Assembly (NCBI RefSeq): GCF_018977255.1
Contig: NW_024704757.1
Location: 6,448,001 to 6,512,000, forward strand
Direction: 5' to 3'
Length of the DNA: 64,000 nucleotides
Origin: Callorhinchus milii
Taxonomy: Eukaryota
Under the pieces are notes generated by a model. That model was given only the letters and a program-made list of their open reading frames with translations, did not search any database and was not told where the DNA came from. Every line of letters begins with the position of its first letter. The stretch's first letter is position 1. Below are positions 24,801 to 37,535 of the stretch, one piece after another. The position numbers and the translations under genes are program-made.

Positions 24801-27800
24801 AATTTTGCACACTTGAAGAATGGCCAAAACGGCCAAATGCCAGTGGGCTGCTGGCCTCCTTGACCTAACCCAGTAAGTCACAGATTTCAGGCGCAATGAG
24901 ACGAAAAGTGGCAAAAATAATATCCTCTGAACAATCCAAAGCACCCAGATATAGGTTTGTTGTCTGCAATTCCTGACCTCAGCTCTACTACTATGCAGAG
25001 TCAAGAGGAACAATCCATGTATTTCCCCCTCCCCAGGTAAATTGGAATACTAAAGCGATCTCTCAAACTCCCAACAGTCACAGAACAGCTGGAGTAAATG
25101 ACATAAAACTAAAAATCTCAAAATGGAGATGACGCTTAGCAATTAGTTTTCTAAAGTTTGAAATACAAGCGAGACTTGTTGCAGAAAGTTCCTCATTGCT
25201 CATTACCTGATTGGATTCAGCAAGTTTCTCTTCAGTCTCTTGAAGTTTCTTGTTCTGAAGCTCCATGTTCTTCTTCAATGTTTTATTCATCTCAACCTGT
25301 TCCTTGAGTTTTTCCTGAGTCTCTGCCTCCTTTTCCTGTATTTGCTTCACCTGAACCATTAATTCCTGGTTCCGATCTGCCTCCCGCTATTTTTAAAAAA
25401 GTGTCCAATCAGTACTTAAATGAAAGACTGTAAAACATTGATAAAAAGACGTTCAAGGCTACAATATAAAAATTCTCCTGTAAAATAACCTTGGTGATCA
25501 TTTGCTGACCATGAAAGAAAATTCCATATTTTTGTTGCAAGGCAGAAGAATGAAAAAAGTTCAACTAAGTATTAAAATAATTTAAAGAAAAGATTTCACA
25601 TCGAACTCCGGATTAATGTTTCATAAGTAACTTTAAGACAGCAGCATTGAATATTAATTGTTTCACCTCAGGCAGATCATTAAAAAAAGAGAACTCATAG
25701 AAATTCTAATCTGCTTTAATTTGACAGCAACAGTGAGGGAATCTGAAGTCTTTTACATCTTCTAAAAACACGAATAGTTCTGACACAAGGGCACATTCCT
25801 GACAGCTTCCACCAACTGTGCATTTGCATCTCCATTTATTTTCTCTGCCTAGCTGATGCACGGAGCTAAGAAGCCAAGCATATACACTGTTCCTAAGCTA
25901 CTGCCAATTTCCCCCGTAACAACCTCCGCTCATAATGAAATAAAGTTAAAAAGTTAAACCAGTGGCTTTGCGGCTCAAATTGTTGGGACGAGAAATGATA
26001 GTTCACACCCACTCATAACCACCACTACATACATGAAATAACAGTACAGCATTTCTCCAGCAGCAGAGAGTGGAATAGTTGATAGTGGTAAGTCATACAT
26101 ACATACATTTACAGCAATCAATCAAGAATAAACACCATTCGTAAGAGGCATGTGGTGTACACTCTTGCTTCATACCTCGTAGTTCCAGGAACTGGTCTGT
26201 GCTGCCTTCTCCAACTCAATCCTGGCACGTTTATGACTGAGCTCTATCTTCTGCTTCTCCCGTTCAACCTCTAGGACACGGGTTTTGGAGCGAACATCCT
26301 CTGCCTGCTCTTCTGCCTGAGAAATACACAAAATTGATTTTTTCTTTAGACAATTTAAAAGAGGCCTACTTTTCTTTTAGACAAGAGAAAAGGAAAAATT
26401 AAATAAAAAGCACGATAATAACGACTGTTAGTCCACCAAACCAAAGCACATCTAATGGCATAACACTTTCAAAGACATACTTGTATCCAAGAAAGTTTTC
26501 TGTAGGTGGATTGTAGCAACTTTATCTTATCCTAGATAATATTGTTTATATTTAGAGATTATTAGGCAACTATCTGAAATGACAATAATAATAAATAATA
26601 ATAAATGGTTTACTTGACATGTGTTCTAAACGCGTGCAGCTCATTAAAGGTAGGTAAAACCAGCACAAAATGCAATGTTTTATACTTTATTTTAAAAATA
26701 AAAATCTTTTGAAGTTGCAACTTTTACAAAAAAAGCAAAATTCAGCCAGTGAGATGAAAACCACTGGCAAAAGGAATGCATCATTGAGTTTGCAATAAAA
26801 AGGAAGAGACAGCTATTGTATTCAAATACTATTTATGTGCTACTGCCTTGTATATTTGTAGTTTCTGGAGATCATCATTAGTCATGAGGCCCTCAGGTGA
26901 TACATCAATGCACAAGAGGGCTAAGGCTTGTCCCAATAAAATCTGCAAGTCTTTGTCACTTGCCGCATGGATCTGCCAAACGTCCTCAGTTCTAGGCTGA
27001 AGTTCAGCCAGAGGCCGGGAAACGGCAACTGGAGTATGCATACAGACGCCATATTATATTTGTGCTGCACAGACAGAAGGTTGTTTTCAATCAGTGCCGC
27101 GCTCGGCAGAGGTTGGGCGTACATGCTTGGATGAACTGCAGCGGCCTCTGGTCTATTGGAGGGCCACACTTGTGACAGGATACAGCAGGAGGCCATGATA
27201 CAGCCCTCCAATAAACCAGAAAGCTCTGCAATGCTTCTGAGCATGTACACCCAACCTCTGCCGAGCGCCTATAGCAGTCATAGAATAGGCGGGAGGCCTC
27301 CGCGATGCAAGCCCCCATCTGATAGGACAAGTTATCTGATCAATTTTACTTTGTAAGCACTTACAAGAATTTTTAGAATGTGACTAGTTACGTAATAAGC
27401 AGAGTGACGAGTAAAGCGCTCCGGAACCCTACCCGGAGCGTGAAAGAGTCCTTTATTAACATTCTGTAATGGAAGGAGCCGGGATACTGACAGGATGGCA
27501 ACTTAAGTGTTAGTGACAAGTTAAGCCAGGGTCAAGTTATCAGAGTTTGCTGTATAGCGGGGTCCTATTATAGCTCTATACTAAATTCCATAAAATCCTA
27601 ACCAGAGTCTATAATGGGGCAAAAATGTGGCTTCTCCGACAATGCAACACTTCACCAGTTACTCCAATGTAATGTCAATTTAGAGAAGCAACAAGAGTGA
27701 TTTCTTCCCCAGCGGTCGAGCCTTCAGCTTCTCTGTCCCTCAGCTTTTGGAACTCCATCCCAGTCACTTGCTGTCCTTGCTGCCTCCCTTGCCTCCTTCA

Positions 27801-28221
27801 AGGTACATCTCAAGAACCCTCCTCTTCAACCACACCTTCAGCCACCCGCTTACCCCTACCCTCCCGCCCTCCTGATCTAAACTCCCTGCTCGGGTCCAAA
27901 TCCCTGACGCCCTCTCGATGTGAAAGGAGCTATACAAATGTAATTTATTATTGTTGTTCTTCCCCAGAAAAAAAAGTTTAAACCATTAGGAGGTGGGAAG
28001 GCACATACATTCCCTCTCTCTCCAGTAATATTCTTTTTTCAGGCACTAATAAGGACCACATTCTGACTGACCTGCATTTTCTGCTGGTACTGTAACTGCC
28101 ACATATTTGGGATGGAGCTGGGCTCAGTCACGTTTGACGTAGATGTTGACGCCTGCGACAAAAAGTTGTTGAATGAACGTAAAGTTGAGAAGACAGTGGT
28201 GTTATCGTCCAGGTCATCCAT
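18879..28221 (-). CDS. MAD1L1: Mitotic arrest deficient 1-like 1 (MAD1), 5' part. Coding exons: 28072-28221, 26176-26316, 25207-25386, 23673-23797, 22819-22900, 20027-20157, 19552-19666, 18879-18940. The gene continues beyond the left edge after a long intron.
   Basis: Spliced translation [23 protein letters not shown]...[15 protein letters not shown]...[21 protein letters not shown] matches vertebrate MAD1 (human MEDLGENTMVLSTLRSLNNFISQ). All junctions are GT-AG. Exon lengths 150/141/180/125/82/131/115/62 keep frame. The next expected exon (TPEDLSR...) was not found in 1-18878. Confidence 0.96.
20570..21557 (+). mobile_element. L2-clade LINE 3' fragment containing the RT YADD motif (frameshifted)
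   Basis: atgtatgccgatgacacccaactttac = MYADDTQLY near 20600; LHWLPIPQR; (TTG)n tail. Confidence 0.92.
27099..27268 (-). repeat. Long imperfect inverted repeat (66-bp arms, 38-nt loop) in a MAD1L1 intron
   Basis: Arms 27099-27164 and 27203-27268 align without gaps, 55/66 identical. Confidence 0.95.
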
Positions 28222-29126
28222 TCTTCCGTCTTCGACCCTGAAACAGTCAAAGAGGGAAAACATTTTTTAATAAGGAAATGTCACAGCTACGTGCAAAATG
28301 GTGGGTGGCCCAGTGACAATCGAAATAGGTCATTCCATGGAATGGCAGGACACAGGATTCATGCAAAACCCGTGCAACACTTTTTGACAACAAAAATCTG
28401 TCTCAAGTGTAAGACTACAGACAATTTATGTATCCTTCGCCCATAGATTATACAGTCAATTCACATATACTGTATATTATATACTGTATAATGTTTCCAT
28501 ATTACTGCACATCCGTGAAGCGCTTTGAGACGTCTCAAAGAGTGGCATGAATTCTCTTTTTGGGAACTTGCTGTACAACTCAGTGGGTTAAATGCATCCT
28601 GTGAGAGGTGTGTCTGGATCTCTCTAATAACAATCCTTGCATTCAGTACAAGTGTCCTACTATCATCCCATCATCTAAGTGTCTCAGAGCACGTCACGGG
28701 ATCCGAATGTGAAGCGTAGCGACTGTATTTTGTAGGCAAACTCGGCAGCTCACTCGCACAAAGCAATATCCCACAGACAGCCGCAAAGAGAATTACCGAT
28801 TTTGTTTCGTGGGGGGTGGGGGGGGGGGGGTGGACGGAGGCGATTATCGACCGGCACACGGGGGGAGAAACTCCCTTCTCGTTGCCAACGGCACCGCTGG
28901 ATTTTTTTTTAGGTAAACATCCACCTGAACACCACCGTACTTCGACGTCTCATCTGAAGGACGGCACCTCCAACAATGCAGCGGAGGCTCTCCCCCCCCC
29001 CCAGCACAGCATTGGTGCAAATTACAAAGCCCTGATTTTGGGGGGGGCTTGACACCCCCCACCCACCCACAGGGAGAGGGGGGCGAAGGGGGAGGAGTCC
29101 CATACCCTGTCCCTAGAGGTCCCTGC

Positions 29127-29560
29127 CCCGGGAGGGGGGGGGTTGTTGCCCCTGGGAGGGTGGGGGGGTGGTCGTTGCCCCTGGGAGGGTGGGGGGGTGG
29201 TCGTTGCCCCTGGGAGGGGGGGGGGGTGGTCGCTGCCCCTGGGAGGGGGGGTGGTCGTTGCCCCTGGGAGTGGGGGGTGGTCGCTGCCCTGGGGGGGGGG
29301 GGTGGTCGTGCCCCTGGGAGGGTGGGGGGGGGTGATCGCTGCCCCTGGGAGGGGGGGTGGTCGTTGCCCCTGGGAGTGGGGGGAGGGGCCGGGGGTGGGG
29401 GGGGGTGGTCGCTGCCCCTGGGAGGGGGGGGTGGTCGCTGCTCCTGGGAGGGGCTGGTGGGAGGGGGGGGGTGGTCGCTGCCCCTGGGAGGGGGGGGGTG
29501 GTCGCTGCCCCTGGGAGGGGGGTGGTCGCTGCCCCTGCCCCTGAGGGGGGGTGGCCGGGG
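29127..29560. repeat. G-rich minisatellite, unit about (G)nTGGTCG[C/T]TGCCCCTGGGAG, roughly 14 copies
   Basis: Directly visible tandem array in MAD1L1 intron 1. Confidence 0.95.
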
Positions 29561-29569
29561 GTGGGGGGG

Positions 29570-30060
29570 GTCGCTGACAGCCGAGCTCTCTGCGCGAGCA
29601 GCGACCGTTAACCCGCGCGCACGCGCACTGACTGACTGACACACGCTGACCGACCGACCGACCAACCGACCGACCGCCTGGAATGTTCTCGCTCCTCAAG
29701 CCGGAGAAGCAGCCCCGGAGGCCTGAGGGGATTTTATTTATATTCACCTGCAGGAGGGAGCGGAGTGGTGAGGGGAGAGAAGAGGAGGAAGGAGCGGCGG
29801 GGGAGACGTGGCTACAAGAGGGGTGAGATGAGGTGAGGGGGTCCGGGGGCTGCGCTGACGACCGCCCCGCGCGCTCACTCGCTCGCTCCGCGGCGCTTGG
29901 ATCTCCCTCCAGCCCGGCTCCAGCTCTCGCGAGATCTCCCTCCAGATCCCGGCCCCGCCCACCCTCGCGCAGCTCCGACCGCGCAGCTCGGAGAAGCTCC
30001 GCCCCCCCATTGCCTGACCCATCCACACACCGCCGTAATCCTCCTAATAGAGGCGCCGTC
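29570..30060 (-). promoter_or_regulatory. CpG-island promoter and probable non-coding first exon of MAD1L1 (donor CAG|GTGAAT after 29748); TCTCGCGAGA motif at 29925-29934
   Basis: CpG-dense stretch just upstream of the first coding exon (acceptor at 28237), a strong minus-strand donor, and a perfect TCTCGCGAGA (BANP-type) palindrome typical of housekeeping CpG promoters. Confidence 0.7.
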
Positions 30061-31171
30061 ACTTTTTTTAATCACCGTAATCCTTCCAAAGGTGGGGATT
30101 CCACCCACCTCCTCCTAATGGTGGCTTCCATCATCCACCGTTTATTTTGCCCAGCCCCCGGGGGTGTCTTGACACACGCGGAAACCCGTTACCTGTTGCC
30201 TAAGAGTCTCCAAACCAAATTGAGAATTCCACGCATTCCCACCTCCGCACGGCGATTCCAGAGAAATTTGTTGCGATGGAATCCCTGGGTGGTGGGCCGG
30301 GGGGGGGGGGGGGAACGCATCCTGTTTATCTAATTCCGGAAAGTATTGAGCGCAGGTTGGGGGAAAATAAAACAAGGCTTGGGTCCTCGGTGTGCTTCGG
30401 GGTGATCGCTGGAGTCTAACCAGTTAAAACCGCATAATTACATTTGTATAGCGCTTTTCACGTCGGAAGGACGTCCCAAAGCGCTGGACAGTCAGTGTTT
30501 CAGACCCGAACCGGGGATGGGCATTGGGGAGGGTGGGGGGTCAGGGGGGGAACAAGGGCGATTGAAGGCACAGTCGAAGAAGAGGGTCTTAAGACAGGTC
30601 TTGAAGGAGGCAACAGAGGGGGCGAGGAGGAGGGACTGTGGGATAGGAGGTAGGAGCAGAGTGGCTGAAGGCCCACCCGCCACCAGGTGTAAGGACCTCA
30701 AGCACCACGTCACTCCCAGGTGCAAGACCTTTCTGATGAGGTATAAATCATATTTCTATGTCAATCAATTATTGAGATTCTTGAAGCACAGACAGACATT
30801 GTGGTTTTATTAGTATATAAAATACATGTATGTTATATATAAATATGTGTATAGAAATGATAACCATCAGTCCAACTGAAACCAGTGGTGTTAGCACAGA
30901 TCCTCTGGGTCCATACAGTTCATTTTCACACTAGCGGGTAACTTTTCTGGCTCTGAACCAGGCCTTAACGTGTACAGAAGAGAATACAAAATGCACTGAG
31001 CTCCTGAAACCTTTCTTTCATCCATTGTACAGGTTTCCGGCAGCGGTTTTATCTTCAGTATAAACGCTCCCTCCTTCGCGCTTTTCAGAAGAGTTCATAT
31101 TATAATAATAATGATTATTTTTTGGGGGGGAGAGAGATTATTCCCACCATTGCCTGGTCTGCTCTGGATGC

Positions 31172-32590
<1,419 letters not shown>

Positions 32591-33149
32591 TTAAAGAAAG
32601 ATTTATTTTAAATAAAGGTGTTTAATATATAAATACAAATTATATAAAATATAAATAAAAGATATATGGAAATATAAATAAAAAATAAATTAAAAAATAA
32701 TAATATGGTCACTGAATCCACGACTATTTGTGGGACACTGCTGCGCGCAATTGTCTACCGCGTTTCGTCCACAAAATATACTTTACAGTATATTCTGTGA
32801 AGGGCTTTGATACGTCTTGAAGTGCAAGGATCAAATATCAAATGCGAGGATCATTACTATTAGAGAATTGACTGCAGGAGGTGCTCAACAGCGACTCTCC
32901 ATGGGTGTAAGTTCTTAACATTTCTTGGTACCACAGCATTGGCAAGGCAAAGAAAGGTTAACAGTAACTAACGTCTTATATATATATATACACACAGTTT
33001 CAATCTCTAATTAAGAGTGATCTTTGCAACCTCAGCAATCAAGCGGTGGCGGAGACACGCGGAATGAGTCGTCTCAAAAGTATCTGCCTCATAATCCACT
33101 CTTTTAAACAAAAAGATGATATGAAAGAAAAAGATTCTGGGTTTCACCC

Positions 33150-34130
33150 GCTCACCCCGAACTCTCTCCAAACGTCAACGATCACAGTTACCGGCAGCCC
33201 CGCAGCGTCAACCGGATCACAACCATCGATCCGATTAACCCGTCAATGAATCAAATGATGAATGAATGAATTCATCCATTCATCACTTGATTCATTTGAG
33301 TCCATTTCAGCCAAAGTGGGGTGTGTATGTGTGTGTGTGTGTGTATGTGTATGTGTGTTGGGGGGGGGGGGGGGGTTGTAATATCTACTGATTACAATGT
33401 CACCTCCTCAAACCTCCTGAATCATTTTCGGGGGGAAAGGATGAAGTTGAAATCCAATCTCTTCGCAAACAACAACTCCTACAACTTACAACGACACCTG
33501 TGGCTGAACTACAAATGGGATTTTCTATCCATTAAACATTATCCGACTGTTGTCTCCCCACCACCCTCCTCTCCCCCCACCCCCCCACCCTCCTCTCCCC
33601 CCCTCTCCCCCCCCTCCTCTCCCCCCCCCCCACCACCCTCCTCTCCCCCCCCCCCCACCACCCTCCTCTCCCCCCCCACCCCACCACCCTCCTCTCCCCC
33701 CCCCCCCACCCTCCTCTCCCCCCCCCCCCCCACCCCTCCTCTCCCCCCCTCCCCCCCCACCCTCCTCTCCCCCCCCCCCACCACCCTCCTCTCCCCCCCC
33801 CTCTCTCCCCCCCCCCACCCTCCTCTCCCCCCCCCCCCACCACCCTCCTCTCTCCCCCCCCACCCTGCTCTCCCCCCCCCCCCACCCTGCTCTCCCCCAC
33901 CCTCCTCTCCCCCCTTTACCCTGCGTTTTCTTCCGGGTGATGTGGGGTTGAGTGCGACTCCCCTCTTCCTGATTCGATCCGCGAGTTGGTTCGCTGATCT
34001 CCGGCGCAAAATCGGGCCCCGGGTTCGCAGTGCGGAGGAGCGAGTCTTTTGTGAATGGGAAAAGGATTTGTAGCCGAAACCCGCGGAGAGGGGTCGCGCA
34101 GCTTTCATTCACAAACCACCGCAGAGGGGA
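33150..34130. promoter_or_regulatory. Divergent MRM2/NUDT1 promoter region; candidate MRM2 non-coding exon 1 ends at 33156 (GG|GTGAGC on minus)
   Basis: CpG-rich patches at 33150-33250 and 33920-34110 between two head-to-head genes, the same arrangement as in human. Confidence 0.55.
33553..33915. repeat. Polypyrimidine minisatellite, unit about CCCTCCTCT(C)n(ACC)A
   Basis: Directly visible array between MRM2 and NUDT1. Confidence 0.95.
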
Positions 34131-34846
34131 TACACTTCTGATACAACTGATTCTGGTTTCACCATCGATTCATTGGGAGAAATAATAACCTTTCCCCCCC
34201 CCCCCCACCTCCACCCCACCCCACCCCCACCCCATCGCCATCATTTTTTCCTCTTTTACTTATAATAACAATAATAATTATTATTAATAATAATAATAGC
34301 GGGGTGGGGGGGTGCGGAGGCGACCGAAAGCACCGTCAAAAAAAGAAGGGGTTTGAGAGGGGGGGTAGGGGTGGGGGTGCGAGACGGAGGGATCGAGGGA
34401 GAGAGCTCCAACGTTTCGGGGCGCGTCAGTCCGCGAGGGTTTGCGGGACACTGCCGAGCGCAATTGGCTGCCGCTTAAGGCACTATATCAAACGCAAGGA
34501 TTATTATTATTATTATTGTTATAAGGCACCTTATCGTGTTGTTGAGACGCTTCGCAGGTTATACTTTAAAGTGAGTTTGCCTGCGTGTGTTGTGGGGGAT
34601 CCCGCCGCTCAGACTCGTTGTGGAGTAACTTCTTAAGAGAGAAAACCCTAAACGCTCCCCCCCCCCCCCCCCCCCAACCCCGAAGAGTCAAGTCAAATAC
34701 ATCGCCTTACGTCAAAACATCTCAAAAGAGCTTCAGGGGCTTCTATTGTAAAGTGTGGTGACTGTGCTTCACTACTGCAGTAGTGTGTGACCTCCCTTGT
34801 TTGGGTAGGAGTCTGGGTAAAGGGGTAAACACTGATGCCGACAGAG

Positions 34847-35897
34847 ATGTTCACCTCCAAGCTGCTGACTCTGGTGATAGTGGTTAAACCGCAGCAGGTT
34901 CTCCTGGGCTTGAAGAAACGTGGCTTTGGGGTCGGACGGTGGAACGGGTTCGGAGGCAAATTGCAGCCTGGAGAGAGCATCGAGCAAGCCGCCAAGAGGT
35001 GACCATCTGTACTCCCCACTCTTTCCCCATAGCCTTGTGACTTGTTTTATTTTCAAGCATCCATCTAATTCCCTTTTGAAAGTTATTATGGAATCTGCTT
35101 CCACCACCATTTTAGGAGGTGCATTCCAGATCGTTAACAACTCGCTGCGTAAAAAAAATCTTCTCATCTCCCCTATGGATCTTTTGCCAATCATCTCAAA
35201 TCTGTGTGCTCGCTCTATGATCTTGACTGTCTATGAACCTATGAAAACCATCTCCTTCCTTAGGGAATTATGGGAGGAGAGCAGCCTGACCGTGGACAGC
35301 CTGGAAAAAATCGGAAACATCCGGTTCGAGTTTGTCGGGGAGACCGAGATCCTGGACGTTCACATATTCCGCACGGACCATTACCACGGAGAACCGTCCG
35401 AATCCGAGGGTAAGTAACGGACACAGCCTACATTCACACATTGCAACCATAGACATTTACAGCACAGGAGGAAAAGAGCCATTCGACTTGTCGTGCCTGT
35501 GTTGGCAATCCTTTCAGTCACATTTGCTCTTCTCGTTGTCTCAGTTTCACACCAAGCCAAGGCTTTCCCAACTCAGGTCAGGGGGGGTGTGGGAAGAGGG
35601 GAGAAGAGTAAAAAACTCATTACCTTTCACCACATCATGTGTCATTTGCTCCGGTTTGCTGTGTCAAATGGGAATCGTTCATCCCTGCTCTCTCTCTCTC
35701 TCTCTCCCTCAGAGATGCGGCCACAGTGGTTTGACCTGGATGCCATCCCATTTGACCGGATGTGGCCGGACGATATCTACTGGTTCCCGCTGTTGCTCCA
35801 GAAGAAGAAATTCCAAGGTTACTTCAAATTCCAGGGACATGATACTATCCTGGACTATACACTGCAGGAGGTGGAGGAGTTACCGGTTGACAAATAA
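34847..35897 (+). CDS. NUDT1: Oxidized purine nucleoside triphosphate hydrolase (MTH1), about 160 aa; exons 34847-34998, 35264-35409, 35713-35897
   Basis: [62 protein letters not shown]...EMRPQWF...[13 protein letters not shown]. Nudix box, WNG and WPDD present. Exon sizes 152/146/185, GT-AG. An in-frame upstream ATG at 34835 is also possible. Confidence 0.97.
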
Positions 35898-37094
35898 TCA
35901 GGGACAGAGATCGGGGTGGGGGGGAAAGAGAGGTGCACTGACCCTAGAGGGTGGGAGTGAGGAGGGAGACAGTGTTACATTCGGTACCAGCCTCCTGCAA
36001 TGAAATGTAACCAAAACTACCCCCCGTACCCTCCCAAATTCAAGTAAGGTTACCAATCCTTGCATTTGATATCGCGCCTTATCACGTTTTCGGGACTTCT
36101 CAAAGAACCTCACAGGTTATACTGTGAAATGAACTGACTATATATTTTGTGGGCAAAACCCGGCAGCCAATTGCACACAAGCAGTCTCCCACAAACAGTT
36201 GTGGATTGAGTGACCAAATTATTGGGTTTTTTTTGGAAGTGATTATTACGCCTGAAAAAGCAATCCGCCATCGACTTAACACATCTTTAAAATACTAAAA
36301 TTTACTTCTTCTTCCCCCACCCCCACACCCCAAACTCATTATTTTATTATTATATAAAAAAACGAGTTAGACATGAAACTTCGCTCACAAATATACGGTC
36401 AATTCACTTTACAGCATATTCTGTGAAGCACTTTGAAACGTCTAAAAGATGTGAAAAGCGCTATATCAAATGCAAGGGTTATTATTATTATTAACTTGGA
36501 CACACCGTCCAGAGTATTGGGATATATAGTGCAGAGTCTCGGGTTGCACACAGTCTTACATTCCCAGCGTTGTCCTAAAGTGATGCAAGTTAAAGGCCAA
36601 TACTGTTCACACAGTCACTACATTTGACAGTAGTTGTCAGCCAAGTACTCCCAGACCTTCCACTGTTACAGGTCGTGTATTAAATGCAAACGTTATTCAT
36701 ACTGTTAACTTGGTCCAGTCAAGTTGAGGAGGTGTTTACTGTGGCGTGAAATATTTTTGATTAAAAAAGCATGATTTTAACTTGCGGTCAGTCAAATCCA
36801 TTGCTCCATCCAATCACATTAAAGGTATTTTAAAGGAAATGGAAGCTTTAGAGGTAAATATTTTCCTTTCAAAAAATGAGCCAATTCCTCATGTCATCTT
36901 TCCGCTTACTCCCTTGTGAAGGATGAATGCTATTCCACATCCAGCCACGAGGTGACCTGTGAGAGCAGCTCAGGATCATTCTCCATCTCAGGGTCAGTAC
37001 CTACTCTCACTGATACAGTAAAACTCACCTAAGTCTGCTCTGTATAAATCGTTTAATGTCCTGCCGTTCAAGAGATTATTATTATACATTGTAT

Positions 37095-37535
37095 AATAAT
37101 CCTCGCATTTGATATAATCCCTTATCATTTGATATAGCGCTTTTCACATCATTTGAGACGTCTCAAAAGCACGTCACAGAATAATAATACTTGCATTTGA
37201 TACAGCGCTTTCCACGTCTTCTAGACGTCTCAAAACGCTTCACAGAATATACTGTAAAGTGAATTGACTGTATATTTTGAGGGCAAAACTCAGCAGCCAA
37301 TTGAACATGGCAGTTTTCCATAAACAGTCATCGACTGAGTGGCCAAATTACTATTTTTGTTAAATTATTACCCCCGGAAAAGCGATCCGCAAATCGTCTG
37401 ACAACCAGGTTCTTACTTACTGCTACATAAGTGTGCAGAATAAGGAACTTGCCCATCGTTTCACCCTGCCAGGAACTGAACCCAGGACTTCTCGCTTGCA
37501 AGGCGAGTGCTCTAACCACTAAACTACAGGATTCC
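37095..37535 (-). mobile_element. Full-length tRNA-SINE with a duplicated tail
   Basis: Head at 37470-37535; tail repeated at 37095-37185. Confidence 0.85.

Noticed and set aside
28844-30062. Long Pro/Gly-rich ORFs (273 and 346 aa)
   Set aside because: They are translations of the G-rich minisatellite and CpG island, with no stop codons because of composition.
33321-34112. Poly-Pro/Gly ORFs on both strands
   Set aside because: Artefact of the polypyrimidine array.
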